DNA of 64,000 nt from the human T2T-CHM13v2.0 reference genome, Homo sapiens. Location of the stretch: NCBI RefSeq assembly GCF_009914755.1, contig NC_060937.1. One strand, given 5' to 3'. This document shows positions 29,420 to 42,371 of this stretch, piece after piece (the stretch's first letter is position 1; each line of letters starts with the position of its first letter). A model generated the notes under the pieces. It searched no databases and was not told the DNA's origin. It saw nothing but the letters and a program-made list of their open reading frames with translations. The position numbers and the translations under genes were made by a program.

Positions 29420-30140
29420 CACTCATTCATTCATTCATCCATCCACTCACTCATTCCTTCACGATGTATGTTTCACCTAATCATTCTATTGGGTAGAAAA
29501 CTATAAAAAGTGAGTCATAACAGTTCCTGATCTCAAGATTTGTTTCTAGTTGTGGAAGCGCACTATGAAATGCACTGAAATAAAAACTTTGATAGATGAT
29601 TGTGCAGGAACTGTGGCCATGAGAACTCACTCAATAAATAGTTGTTGAATTACAGAATGTTTTCTTGATAATACAAAAGCAAGCTCCTTTAAAGGATAAA
29701 CAATTTACTAGGTGATGTGGGCAAGCCTAAGGTGGGAGGGCTCTAAGAAGAGAGAGCCGCATGTGCAGAAGCTCAGAAATGAGAGCAAGAGCCACACTTC
29801 AGGAATGAAATGTGAGGTAAGTGTGCACAGGCGAGTATTAGACTGGGTCTGAGGAGCAGTAATGAAAGATGAAGACAGTTCAGCAAGAGAAAGAACGTCA
29901 ACGGCTCCTTTTTTTCTTTTTTTTTTTTTTAAATGGTAAGGATTTTGATTTTATCCTGAATGCAATGGGGATTATTGATGGATTTTAAACTGGAGGATGA
30001 TGTAATAAAGATTCATGATTTAGAAGGAGGCAGTGCAGAAAATATTTGAGAGGTGGTTGCATCTGTAGGCAAAGAGATCTAAGCAAGAGTTGATGAGGAT
30101 CCCAGCAATGGATGCATCCATGAGTGTGTGAGGAAGAAGA
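29420..30140 (-). mobile_element. L2 LINE fragments
   Basis: (ATTC)n tail; gattttgattttatcctgaatgcaatgggg...gattttaa. Confidence 0.6.
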
Positions 30141-30502
30141 GTATATATATATAATATATATAAATATATATTATATATATCTCATATATGTATGAAAGAG
30201 AATATATATATGTATATAGTATGGTATGTGATTGGGTCAAACATGTACATATGTACATATATACATGTATACATGTATACATATATACATATGTACATAT
30301 TGTATACATATATACATATATAGTATATATGTATATATGTATATAGTATGGTATGTGATTGGGTCAAACATATGTACATATGTACATATTGTGATATATA
30401 TACATCTCCACCCAATGTCAAACATATATACATATGTTTGACCCAATCATATACCATAATAAATCATATATATATATATATGAAACATTGGGTGGAGATG
30501 TA
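30141..30502. repeat. TA-rich low-complexity tract with direct and inverted templated copies
   Basis: tatggtatgtgattgggtcaaacat twice direct and once inverted; exact 18-bp inverted pair 30401-30418 / 30485-30502. Confidence 0.9.
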
Positions 30503-31549
30503 AAGGGTATGGTTGGCTATTGGACTGCTGCCTTGCCATGAATTAAGAAATACAGGAAGAATAACAAATTGTTCTTCTCTCACATCTTATTTCTGGGAGT
30601 AGGGACAAATGGAGAGCATTAATTCAATTTGGGTCTGAAGCACTAATGGGACATCCACAGTGGAGCTGAGCACAGGTAATTGACTGTGGGGGATTTACTA
30701 AGAACTGAAGCCCACCCTGTGGGGCCACATGGGGATGACCTGGTATGTGGTCTCCCTTGTGAGCACACATACTTCTCTGCATCCCTGCATGACATCGGTA
30801 AGTCAGGAGAGAGCTCTGTGCTGGGAAATAGATATTTCAGTGTAGAGTTGAAACCATAAATGAGGATAAGGTTGGGAAGAAGGCACAGCTGGAGAAGATG
30901 TCCACAGAGAGAGCTGAAGGAGGCAATGTTGTGAGTGGGTCTCAAGAACTTGGAAAAAAAGAACATGAGCTGGCTTCAAATATAAAAACCATCTTTTAAC
31001 TCAAATGCAAAAACCATCTTTTTGGAGATTTAAACTTCAAACGCAAAAACCATCTTTTAACTCAAACAGATGGCTTCCAGGCCTGAGGACAGTCTTTATT
31101 TCTAACCTGATTAAATTTCTTAATTTATCTAAAGAAATATTGTGTGCTTATCCAGTGGGGGATTTTTGAGTCACAAAGACAGAGGAAAGAGGGAGTAGGG
31201 TGAGTGCTTGTCAGTGCTCATGGGAGATAGGAGGGTGCCACTAAAGAACTTCACACATCTCACATCCGTTTGCAAGTGCACGTTCACGTTGGGGCAGCAC
31301 TCATAGGCTATCTCAGCCTTTGACTTGCCATTCATCTGATTGTGTGCTCACTGGGAAAACTTCTGATGAGTGTTGGGATTTCCACAGGTATGTGCCTCGC
31401 TGGAGTGAATGTCCTCTGGTATGGGATTTGGGTGTTCAGGTCCCTAAGACAGTTAAAAGTCAACCTTCTTTTAAAAATCATCATCCTTGTTAAGAATCAA
31501 CATTCTGCTTTTGTACATCAGTTTTGTGACTTTGGTAAGTGCAAACTTA

Positions 31550-31804
31550 CCTAGTTTCCCGTAGCCACAGTAACAAATTACTACACACTTGGTGGCTTAA
31601 TACAAGAAAAACTTTCTCACAGTTCTGGAGGCCACGGTCCAGATGAGCTGAGCTGAAACCAAGATGTTGGCAGGAGCATGTTTTCTCCAGAGGCAATACG
31701 GGAAGATCTATTTCTTGACTCTTCCAGCTTCTGGTGACTGAAAGCATTCCTTGGCTTGTGGTTGCATCACTCCAGACTTTGCCTGCATGATCACACTGCC
31801 TTTT

Positions 31805-31850
<46 letters not shown>

Positions 31851-32058
31851 TTCTGTGTGAAATATACCTACCTCATCCTTTAACTTATAGGGACTCTTGT
31901 GATGATGTTAAGGGCCCACCCAGATAATTCAGGACAATCTCCCCATCATAAGATAAAAACAAATCTGTAAAAACACTGTTTTTCCCCAAATGAGGTAACA
32001 TTTATAGGTTCCAAGGATAAAACTCCATATATTTGGGGCCACTATTTAGCCCACTACA
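31550..32058 (-). mobile_element. MaLR LTR (MLT1C-like) with internal (TG)n at ~31807-31840
   Basis: gtaacaaattactacacacttggtggcttaa..cacagttctggaggcc..agggcccacccagataattcagg..gcccactaca. Confidence 0.85.
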
Positions 32059-32527
32059 TTAAGTTTGTAAATTTGACCACCAGCGAGGTATCCACTTGCA
32101 GTGGGATAACAAAATCAGGCTTCTAAATGAGAAGTGCCTGCAGTGAATTCCCTAAGGACTGAAGGCCACCCTGTTGGGCCATGTGTGCAACAACCTGATA
32201 GCCTCTCTATTTCATGAGCTCACACACCTCTCTGTGTCATTGCATGGCACTGTCCATGTTTTCTTCCTTTTGAGTTTCTATAGGAAACACCTTCCTTGGA
32301 GAAAAAATGGTGGGTTAGAGCATAACAAGTAATTGAATGGAAATAGAATGCAACGTATCAGCAAAATGTGGCTGAAGATAGGCTGCAAAGATAGCTAAGA
32401 GCCTGATCATGGAAGGTGTGAGACCTTAGATCAAATACATTTTAGAACCCCCTCCCCGCCACATATGAAAAAAACAAATCAGGCCTTACTCAACACTGTA
32501 TTGGTTGTTCTGTCTTGATAAGAAGTG

Positions 32528-32780
32528 TAATAATAGCTTACATTTACCAAGGACAACTTGCTAGACATTGTTCTAAGCATTTATATGCCTTCATTGATCT
32601 GATCATCGCAACTATCCTTTAAATTAGATAATAATATTCTTATTTTACATTGAGGGAAACAGAGGCACAGAGGCTTGAAGTAACTTAACCAAGGTCACTT
32701 AGCTTGGAAGTGGTAGATTTGTAATATGAACTGAAGGAATCTGGTCATGAAACTGCTGCCCTTGACTTTAGTGCCACCGT
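32528..32780 (-). mobile_element. MIR SINE
   Basis: gacattgttctaagca; gaaacagaggcacagagg; taacttaaccaaggtcac. Confidence 0.75.
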
Positions 32781-34020
32781 CTATATCCTATGTACACTTA
32801 TTTACTTTTTCCTTGCTTTCCTTCTAGATTACAGCTTTTCAAAGCCAAAAGTCATGTGTCCTCAGTGTCAGCAGCTGGAGCAGTACTGCATACGCAATGA
32901 TGTACACTTTGTGCCATCTGTGTAGCTGACTGATGCTCTTTTTGGTTTTATTTGTCACAAGGCTGCTGTAAGACAGTGACCTGAGTTTCACTAAAGAGAA
33001 ATCTGGGGCTAATAAAAGAAAGCTTTACAAATGACAGAGCAACTTTCCTACAGCAATTAACAGCCTTTATGATGTGTTTAGTCAGCTCTTGGTATATGGC
33101 TTCAGGATTGATAAAAGAGGCATTTTAATGGAAGGCAGGCCTTCTTCATAGGCCAATTTTACACCTGATTTTCAAAACATGAGTGAATGTTGACAATCAT
33201 AGCTAGAAATAAAGGGAAGAATTGATGGTTTCATTTAATGTTATCTGTATTTAAATATTTTCTTTAATAGAATTTTCAAAAAAAATAAATGTATGGAAGC
33301 AAAATTCTTCTAAGGCGCTTCTGGGTAGAAGGATTTAGAGGAAGCCAGCAAGAAAGAGTTGTTAAAAATTGGATGAGTAGGCAATTTGGGTAAATAGAGT
33401 TATATTTCATTTCCCTGAATGGTACAATGGAGCTGCAACCACAACAAAATTGTTCACAAGTTTATAGAAATAATCCAGTGAGCATAAATAAACACACTGC
33501 CTATATGATCTTTGTTCCACAGTTGAAGTTATAGAAAAATGTGAGAGAATATTTGGTGATTTTGGTCTTTTAAAACCCCCAAACACTCTACTCAGGAAAA
33601 TCTTGTTTATCTTCATAGCTGCAGAGTTTGTCTATCTATTCATGCAGTAATATCAAACATAATTTTGAAGTCAATGGAAGGAATAATAGCACAATTTCCA
33701 TCAAAGGAAAATAGGATCCTTTGGTAGACGCTATGTCTATTCCACGTGGTCAATCAAGGATAGTAGCAGAAGGCAGTAAGACTCCTGCCAGCTTCCCAGG
33801 CTCTGTGCTTTGAGAGGCCATCAGATGGTAGCAGTACATACCAGAAGGACCTCTCTTCTGGGAGCTGTGGCCCATTTAAATCTAACTAGTGTACACAGGT
33901 CAGGCCTGCAGAACCACAGCACATTTGACCAATTTCATCATCCTCCTGACATTACCTCTTGACATCATATGGGCAAAGGTTCTGGCTCCTTCCCTGTAGG
34001 AATCAGAGAAGAAAACTTGC

Positions 34021-34055
34021 TTTCTCTCTCTGTCTCTGCCTCTCTCTCTCTCTGT

Positions 34056-34102
<47 letters not shown>
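34021..34102. repeat. Compound (TC)n(CA)n microsatellite
   Basis: Direct reading; about 22 CA units. Confidence 0.95.
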
Positions 34103-34104
<2 letters not shown>

Positions 34105-34409
34105 AGCAGCTTTCAACCATAGTATAGTAGAGTCTCAGATCTATCTTCCCACTCACCCAGCTTCCATAATCATAACAACACGGATGATTAGAGAGTCAAT
34201 ATCAAGGAAATTTGTCTATTTAGAAGTCCTTATTCGGCATTTCATGATCTACAAGATGGGAAACTGAGTTACAAAATTCCAGACATTGCCAGCCCTACAG
34301 ACTTACATGTGTTTTGTATTATATCTTAAGCCTATTTGTCTTGAGAATCCCAGTTTTAACGTGTTTTATAAAACTGACAATGAAAAAACTGCCACTCTTT
34401 TTTCGGTAT

Positions 34410-35240
34410 TTTGTCTTTTTAAACAGCTTCGAGTATAATAAACATACAATAAAGTCCACATGTTTATCGTATGTAAGTATGTACAATTTCAAATGTTTTG
34501 GCAGATACATTGAGGCTAGCAAATCATCACCATAATCAAGAAAATGAACATATCCCACAAAATGCCTCATGCCCAACTCTCCTACCCACCCCCATCCAAA
34601 GGCGTCAAGCAATCTACTCTCTGCCACTCTGGATTATCTTGCATTTTCTAGAATTTGTATAAATAGAATTATTTACTGTGCATTTTTTGGGGGGGGGGGT
34701 GATGGGTCTGGCTGTTTTTGCTCATTCTAGGAAGTACATAATATTATCTTATTGTGGTTTTCACTTGAATTTCCCTAATGGTTAAAGACATGGAACCTCT
34801 GCTTTTTTTGTCACTGATACATTAATATATTCTTGAGTGAATTGTCTTTGCAAATCATTTGTCCATTTTGCATTTGGGTTGTCTGTTATTACTGAGTTTT
34901 GAAAGTTCTCTTTATTTTCTGAATACAAGTCCTTTTACAAATGTGTGGTTACAAATATTTTCTCCCAGTATGTAGTTTATCTTTTCATTCTCTGAACAGA
35001 GCCTTGAAAAGAACAGAGGTTTTTAATTTTTATGAAGTCCAGGTTTTCAATTTTTTAATTTAAATAGTGTGCTTTTGGTGTTGTATCTAAGAAATCTTTG
35101 CCTAAGCCAAGGTAAAAAAAAAAATTATCTTATGTTTTCTTCTAAAAGTTTTATAATTTTAGATCTGGAGTCTGTGGTTCATTTGGTGTTGATTTTAGTA
35201 TACAAACGAGATATGGATTGAATTTATTTTTTCCTTTTTC
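34410..35240 (-). mobile_element. Old L1M (L1MB/MC/MD) 3' fragment
   Basis: attgtggttttcacttgaatttccctaatg; tttggtgttgtatctaagaaatctttgcctaa. Confidence 0.8.
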
Positions 35241-35542
35241 CTCCTTTAAGTGCAGTCATTTACTAGCCTCAATTCACAAGGGAAAGCAACATACTTCTTA
35301 CACCTCTCTCTAATGTTAGAAACTCATGTGAAGACTCTGATACTTGTTTTCTGTTGATTGGAATAATCTTAATTGGATCTTTGACCAATGCTGGGTTTAT
35401 ATTCTTAGAAATTAGGACATATAGATTAGCCAAGCCTATATTTCAAAAGATATTACATTAAATAATGAACAAATCTGCCTGTGGGTATTTACTAATTGGG
35501 ATAAATGTTGAAAGCAAGTTGAGAGTAGTAGCACAAGCAAAG

Positions 35543-35872
35543 TGTCATATCTGGTTAAGCCTGCCCAAAGGTACCCTGTTGGGTGTATCACATTCATAGA
35601 CTGAGTCTCCCACACCGCCTATCTGTACTGCTGTCCTCCTTCTGGCCAGACTTCATGTATCTCCCAGCCCCTGCCCAGCCCCTGATTCTGATGGTCAGTT
35701 GTCTACTCCAGCTCCATCATTTCCGTTTCTGGACAGCAGGATTACCACGTAGGCCAATGGACCTGTGGATGGGTCACTACTGCTGACCCTCTCATTTGGC
35801 AAGCTCTGCACCTCTGCTCCTGCCTAGTGGGCATCTCAGGCAGCTGCTGCTGGATGCAGCTCAGATTCGATG
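35543..35872. mobile_element. Possible ancient ERVL-type LTR
   Basis: GC-richer block starting tgtcatatctggttaagcctgcccaaagg; family not identified. Confidence 0.3.
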
Positions 35873-36904
35873 TCCTAATAAAATTTACATTTAGCCAAAG
35901 ATTACTGAAAATTGGAATATAAGAAGACAGGCGAATTAGTAGGCAGGTGGCTAAACACCATCTTCCAGGACTTCAAAATAGGAACACAACAACCACTCCA
36001 AATAATATGTTTGTTTGCACGTGTGTGTGTGTGTGTCTCATGCGTGTATGCGTGTATGTGAGAGAGAGGGAGAGAGAGAGTTTATACAAAATATTGGGAC
36101 TCAAGTCTATGCTAAGATAATAAGAGGTCCTTAAAACACATAAAGCTTGAATTCCTGGCAGACTTATTATCATGAAGATCCATAAAACTTTGGGGGCCTT
36201 TTTTACCTCCATATATGCCAAGCACTGCCTCTCCTTTCTTTGCACACTTTCCCTGGGCTGACACTGCACATCTACTCCTTTCCTCAGTAGGAAATTGCAG
36301 TCTCCCAGCTTCCCCTCAGGGAAGAGAAATAGCCTTGATATTATCACTGGCCCTTAGGAATCAACAAGGGAACTTCTGTGGCCATTTAACAGATAGCTGG
36401 AGCCAACTTCCAGTTTAAATTCTAGGAAGGGGATCAGGCACCCCGTCTTGAGGAAGTGTTAAAACTTATTTCCAGTATTTTATGTGTTCAAATTGGCAGT
36501 CATCAAAACTTTATGACTTGACCCACAGGAATCGGCAAGGGCTGTCCTGTTCTGCATAAATGCTATGAAGCCAGCCTTCTTTCTGCCATTATTATTGCTA
36601 CACAAGCAATGATCAGAAATTAGGAGTGAGGTTGTTTGTGGAGGTAAGAGAAATACTGGCCACATGTGTTATGTGTATGTGCTGATAACAGAGGCACAAG
36701 GAAAAAGGAAAACCACCATCCAAAAATACCCAACCAGCATCCTGAAATACTTAAAGATGCTTTATTTTGTATCAGGCATGTTTCTCTATTAAAGCACAAG
36801 TGCCCCTGTAGCACAATACATTAAGTATAAAATTATTTATTCGATCTTTTCCTCAGGGACAAATGATGGAGAGAAGTACGCTTAGTTTGTAAGTCAAGTT
36901 GTAA

Positions 36905-37135
36905 GAATGGTTTACATTTTTAGCACATGTTGGCAATTATAAAACTTTTTCATGCATTACCTCATTTGCTCCTCAGCACAATTATTTATAGCAAGTAGGC
37001 AGGAATTATTATTTCTATTTTACAGATGAGTGGTTTAGAGATGTTAAGTGACTTAGACCAAATTATAGTAAATAAAGGACACACACAAGATTCAAATATA
37101 GGTCCTTTTGACCTCAGAGCCTTTGTTTTCTCTAT
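36905..37135 (-). mobile_element. MIR SINE
   Basis: ctcatttgctcctcagcaca; ttttacagatgag; gttaagtgacttagacca. Confidence 0.7.
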
Positions 37136-38450
37136 TTATTTAGCTCAGCTGAAAACTTGTGTTGGGGCAAGAAAGAAGTCTAGAGCAAAGATAAGTGTAT
37201 GAGGACTCTGTAGAGGTCAGGGAAGGGTGATGGGCAACAGTGTTTCAGGTCACCAGGACCCTATTAGAAGGCAGTGTGGCCAAAATAAAAACCAAGGGAA
37301 CCAGACTCTTGGGGCATCATGGGAATACCTCCAGCCTTTTGGCCATACATCACTGACAAGCAGGGTTCGGGTTTTGTTTTTGTTTTGGCTGACATGTGCA
37401 AGGTGACCATTCTCCAAAGGCAGTCCTGCTGTGAGTTGCTTAATACTGCGAATATAATACCTGGTGACAGGGACTCCCAGGACGATTTTCTAATTTGAAT
37501 TTGAGATAGCTGCTTTGTTGGCAGCGTTGCAATGTCTTATGTAAATAAAAAGATGAGACTTACTTGAGTTTTCATCTAGAAATCCTTCTGGTTATACAGA
37601 ATACTCACCAGATGTAGAATATCTTCTTACCCTATATCCCATCTCCTCTCTCAAAAACTAACCTAATACAATTTATTGTCTACAAACTGGATATTGAAGA
37701 AAATACTAACACTTTTATGTGGCACATATTGCATATGGAAAGCAGTAGAAAAGAATTGGAGCCTGAAAACCCAGGTGAGCAAGAAGCACTGCATTTGTTT
37801 ATTTTCTGTAAAGACTCCCTATTCCTCTTACTGGTAGAAAGTTCAAAACTTTCATTATTGGGTTCCTTGCCCCCTGGGATGGAAGGCCTAGGGTGCCTAG
37901 GTTGTATCTGTCCAAAGCACTAGAGGACCCCCTCGGGGCAGAGGCATCAGTCTACCTTGGGACATCCTCTGTCCTGGGCTACACGGACACCTCCTGTCTC
38001 CAGATGCTGTGGTTTCTGTACCATCTGTGGACTTCAAGAATCTCTGGCAAGGCTGGCCCCAGGAAGTGGAACACAGTATTATGGCTTTTTGGGTTTTGTC
38101 ACTTCCCTACAGGGGAAGTTTCCAAATAATAGAAAACCCTTCCTTCTCAGAACCTCACAGAGGTCTCTCTCTTTCCCAGGTTGAAAGAATCTCCCCTCTC
38201 ATCCTTGTTGTTTTTCAAAGGCACATTCTCTCTGTTCCCCTTTAGGGAGCCATGATTCCTGAGGCAAGAAAGTGAAGTGAATGGAGAAGGAAATTTATAG
38301 GAAGGAAAAGCACAATTTAATAGTGCAATAAATCAGCCTGCCATAATGATATCATGTCTGTAAACTGAGATTTTCCCTCTTAGAGGATTTTTGAAAATTT
38401 CACAGGAGAAAATCGAGTGAAATTGTTCTTTTTCTACGTAAATAGCACAA

Positions 38451-38762
38451 GTGTGCATATGTGTACACATATAAAAGTGTATGTACAAGGTATGTATGTT
38501 TGTATGTATATATAACATGTATACATACATATCTTGTACATATACTTTATATGTGTATACACATATGCACACATATAAAGTATATGTACAAGGTATGTAT
38601 GTGTGTGTATATATATATCATATGTATACATACCTTGTACATATACTTGTATATCTATCTTGTACATATACTTGTGTGTGTATATATATAATATATAAAA
38701 TGTATATATACTATACACACAGATATATGTAGCTGTGAATGTGTGTGTGTATATGTGTGTGT
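38451..38762. repeat. TA/TG-rich tract with alternating inverted units
   Basis: Unit aagtatatgtacaaggtatg occurs in orientations +,-,+,-,-. Confidence 0.9.
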
Positions 38763-38837
38763 CCATTACTGGATCATAAATCTCTATCAAATTATTAGAA
38801 TTTACTTTGTCTTTTGCTCTTTTCAAATTCTTAGTCC

Positions 38838-39302
38838 TTTTATTTTTACTTTTTATTTTTAATTGACAAAGATTGAATATATTTATCACATACAACATAA
38901 TGTTTTGAAATATGCATACATTGTGGAATGGTTACATCAGGCTATTTACTATATGCATAACCTCATATACTTACCATTTTGTTTGTGTGTGGTGAGAAAA
39001 CTTAAAATCTACTCTCTTAGCAATTTTCAAGTGTACAATTCACTGTTATTAACTATAGTCACCATGTTGTACAATAGAGCTCTTGAACTTATTTCTCCTA
39101 TCCAACTGAAACTTCGTATCTTTTGACCAACATCTTCCAACGCTCTTACCTACCCATGGCAACATCTATTCTACTCTCTGCTTCTGTGAGTTCGACTTCT
39201 TTAGATTCCACGCATGAGAAATTGTGGCATTTACCTTTCTGTAGCTGACTTATTTCACTTAACATAATGTTCTCCAGGTTCATTCATGCTGTTACAAATG
39301 AC
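38838..39302 (-). mobile_element. L1MA (L1MA8-like) 3' end
   Basis: gtggtgagaaaacttaaaatctactctcttagcaattttcaag..ctatagtcaccatgttgtacaatag. Confidence 0.85.
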
Positions 39303-41629
39303 TTTGCCTTTTGAATATAATTCTGAGTTATATTATGTATAAAGAAATAACAATATTTGGGAACATCATTAATTCTACCTGCCACCTCAACTTTCCTTCA
39401 TCTATTCCAGTTTTCTTTTAAATTTTGACCAGTTACAAGTTTTGTTTTTATGTATGTATGTGTGTATTTATTATAAAATTGTTGTCCATATACAAATTGC
39501 CTTTGACAGAAAGCTCAGCCAGTAACGTTTGGTGCCTCCCTCAGTGAGGTTTGCTATGCTGGGCACGATAGAGGCATGTGATGTGTGGGGCATGATTCTG
39601 GCCTAGGAGAGCTGTCCGTCAATTGTGATAAATGAGATACACTCCTGAGGAGAACTCAGATGGAAAAATAAGTACAACTGACAGAAAAAAGTGAAAGCCA
39701 GGGTACGTATTAAACAAAATAAAAAAGGTTTGGAAGTAAAACTGGGTTGAGACCTGAGGAGTGGAGTTGCATTTTGTGTACCAGGGAACTTGAAGATCCC
39801 AGAAAATATGTCCTTGGAAATCCAAGAGTCTGTCTTGAAGCCTTTGATTGACTAACAGTTGAGAGCATTTTATTCAAACCTGCTTTTCTCAGAGAAACCC
39901 AAGAAGGCTGATTCAGCTGCTGGAATCTTGAGTATGAGAGAGGTAGAATTTCCCCTCAGAAAGGGTAAGAAGCACTTAGATATAAGGAAGAAAATATTAA
40001 TTTCATATTCAGGGACCTGAGTAAGCCAGTGCTTTGGGAAGAAGGGGTCAAAGGAGTTAAAGGAGCAAGAGAAAAGGAGACCTCAAGTCACAGCTGGAAG
40101 GTGGCTCAGATTATCTGCCTGGTCCTCTGACTTCCTAGTTCAGGAAATGGGCCCTAAGAGGGGAAGTGATGTATCCAAGGCACGTGGTTTTTTAGTAGTG
40201 AGCCAGGATCAGAACCCAGGTGAAAAAATACCTCTTCTGATCCTTTTGCAAAATATTTTCAACAAGGATTCCTGACTTCTGTCTTAAGGATGGTGAAGTC
40301 ATTTCTTGGATTGTGGGGTGGAAAAACCTTACTACTTATTCAAGTGACAGCACTTAAGGACTCGAGTTTTATGGCAGTTTATTAAGCTTGAAAAGTAACA
40401 GCAAATGAGAACAATCAATCATTGCCTAGATTGTCTAAGTGACTCCCAGGAAAAAGGAACAAGTTAAAAGAGCAAGCAGGATTGTGCTTAATTCATGCCA
40501 TATTTTCAAAACCTTTCTCTGTTTTCTGGAATCTCTTAATGTTGTCTCATACATTTTTCTAGCTTTGGAGGAAAGCCAAGGCTTTTTTTTCTAAAGATTG
40601 ATTCTCTGTCAGTGAGATTTCATTAAACCATATATTGAATTGCATTCCTGAATCCTCTCAGTTCTACTTTAACTGCTTAAAGTTATATTTCCCCTTTTAA
40701 AGTCCAGTTCTCTTTAAAAAATGTTATTCTGAACTCTGACATTGCCACTCAGGGCTAGCTTGATTCTAAATGAGCAGACCCTGGTAAACATTTGTACTTT
40801 CTTTTGAGGGTGTGAACATAGCAATTAAATTATTGGAAAATTACTGTCAAGAAGGTCAAATATTTAGAGATAATGAAATAGCAGGATTTTAACACGAAAA
40901 ATGTACCCTATGATATGCATTAAAATTCCCCGGTAATCATCTGTCAACTTGGTAGATTTTACTATTCACAAAAATTGTCTGTTCTTTGTAAGTTAATAGA
41001 AGCCTATAGCCTTTTCCACTAGTAAAGCAGTTGCAATTTTCTGCATATTAAGAGGCTGTTCTGGCTCTGCAGAAACAGAAAAGAATTGATGGGATCAAAG
41101 CAATACTAGCAAATGTAGAGTTATTCTGATATAATTTCCAAAATTTAGCAATCCTGAAATCTTTGGATTTCTTTAAATCAATACAGAGTTCTTGAGGTAT
41201 TTAAATGCATTGTCTCAGCCAGATCCCCAAGTGTGGCTTTGAAGCTATAAAGGTTCTGGGGGAACAAAACTGAGAAGAGTCTAATAATTTCAATGCACAC
41301 GTAAGAGAGCTACACATCAAAATTAATAGGTACCTGAACAAGGTTTTTCTCGGCCTGGGGATCAGTAGTTCCTGCAACTGGCTGTGCAACATGGATGAAC
41401 CTGCTGCTTAATCTTTCTGTACCTTAGCTCCTGCACTCGTGAGATGGCAAGAATGAGCTTCCTTCATGTGGTTGTTGGCACTGGATGAGCTAAGGTAGGA
41501 TGGGTAAAATACTTGGAATATGCAGGAGAAAAATTAGTGCTGAATGGACCTTATCACTATGTAGGATGATGTAGAGCAGCACCCTTCCTTCCTTAGGTAT
41601 GCAGTTTCAGCATCTCTAACTGAGAATAC

Positions 41630-41866
41630 AACCAATTTCTCAAGTGTCTACTGGGGCTAAAATTAATTTAGTGGTAGTGGCTGGCATTTTTTATTTAAAT
41701 GAATTGAAACAGAATAGAGCAAAAAATACCAGAGAGCATCATATATTCTAAGTATTGTTTAGTGCTACTTTTCAGTGCTACTTTTACGTATATGTTTTAG
41801 GGATACTAGATTGAAATGAAAAAGTAATTTTTCTTCTGGTCATGCTCAAAATTTTGAAGTCACTGG
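41630..41866. mobile_element. hAT-Charlie-type DNA transposon fossil
   Basis: aattaatttagtggtagtggctggcatttt..agagcatcat..ctcaaaattttgaagtcactg. Confidence 0.5.
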
Positions 41867-42053
41867 ATTATATGGTACCTAAAGATTCCTCTTCTCTTGA
41901 CTGGTCTAAAATTCTGTTAAAAAGCAGATGTTATGCACAGTAGAGGGCCCTGAAGATAAAACCAGAAGACTCTGCTGGACCTGGTCCTTCCTTGTTGAAA
42001 TAATTTCTCTGTACCCCAGTTTTATCCAGTGTAAAATGTGGATAATAGCACCT

Positions 42054-42371
<318 letters not shown>

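Noticed and set aside
30079-30457. Y/I/C/M-rich ORFs here and at 38333-38898, 62526-62726, 63592-63801
   Set aside because: Translation artefacts of TA/TG repeats. The shared peptide CLLIFYKRNSG reflects the inverted duplication, not a gene family.
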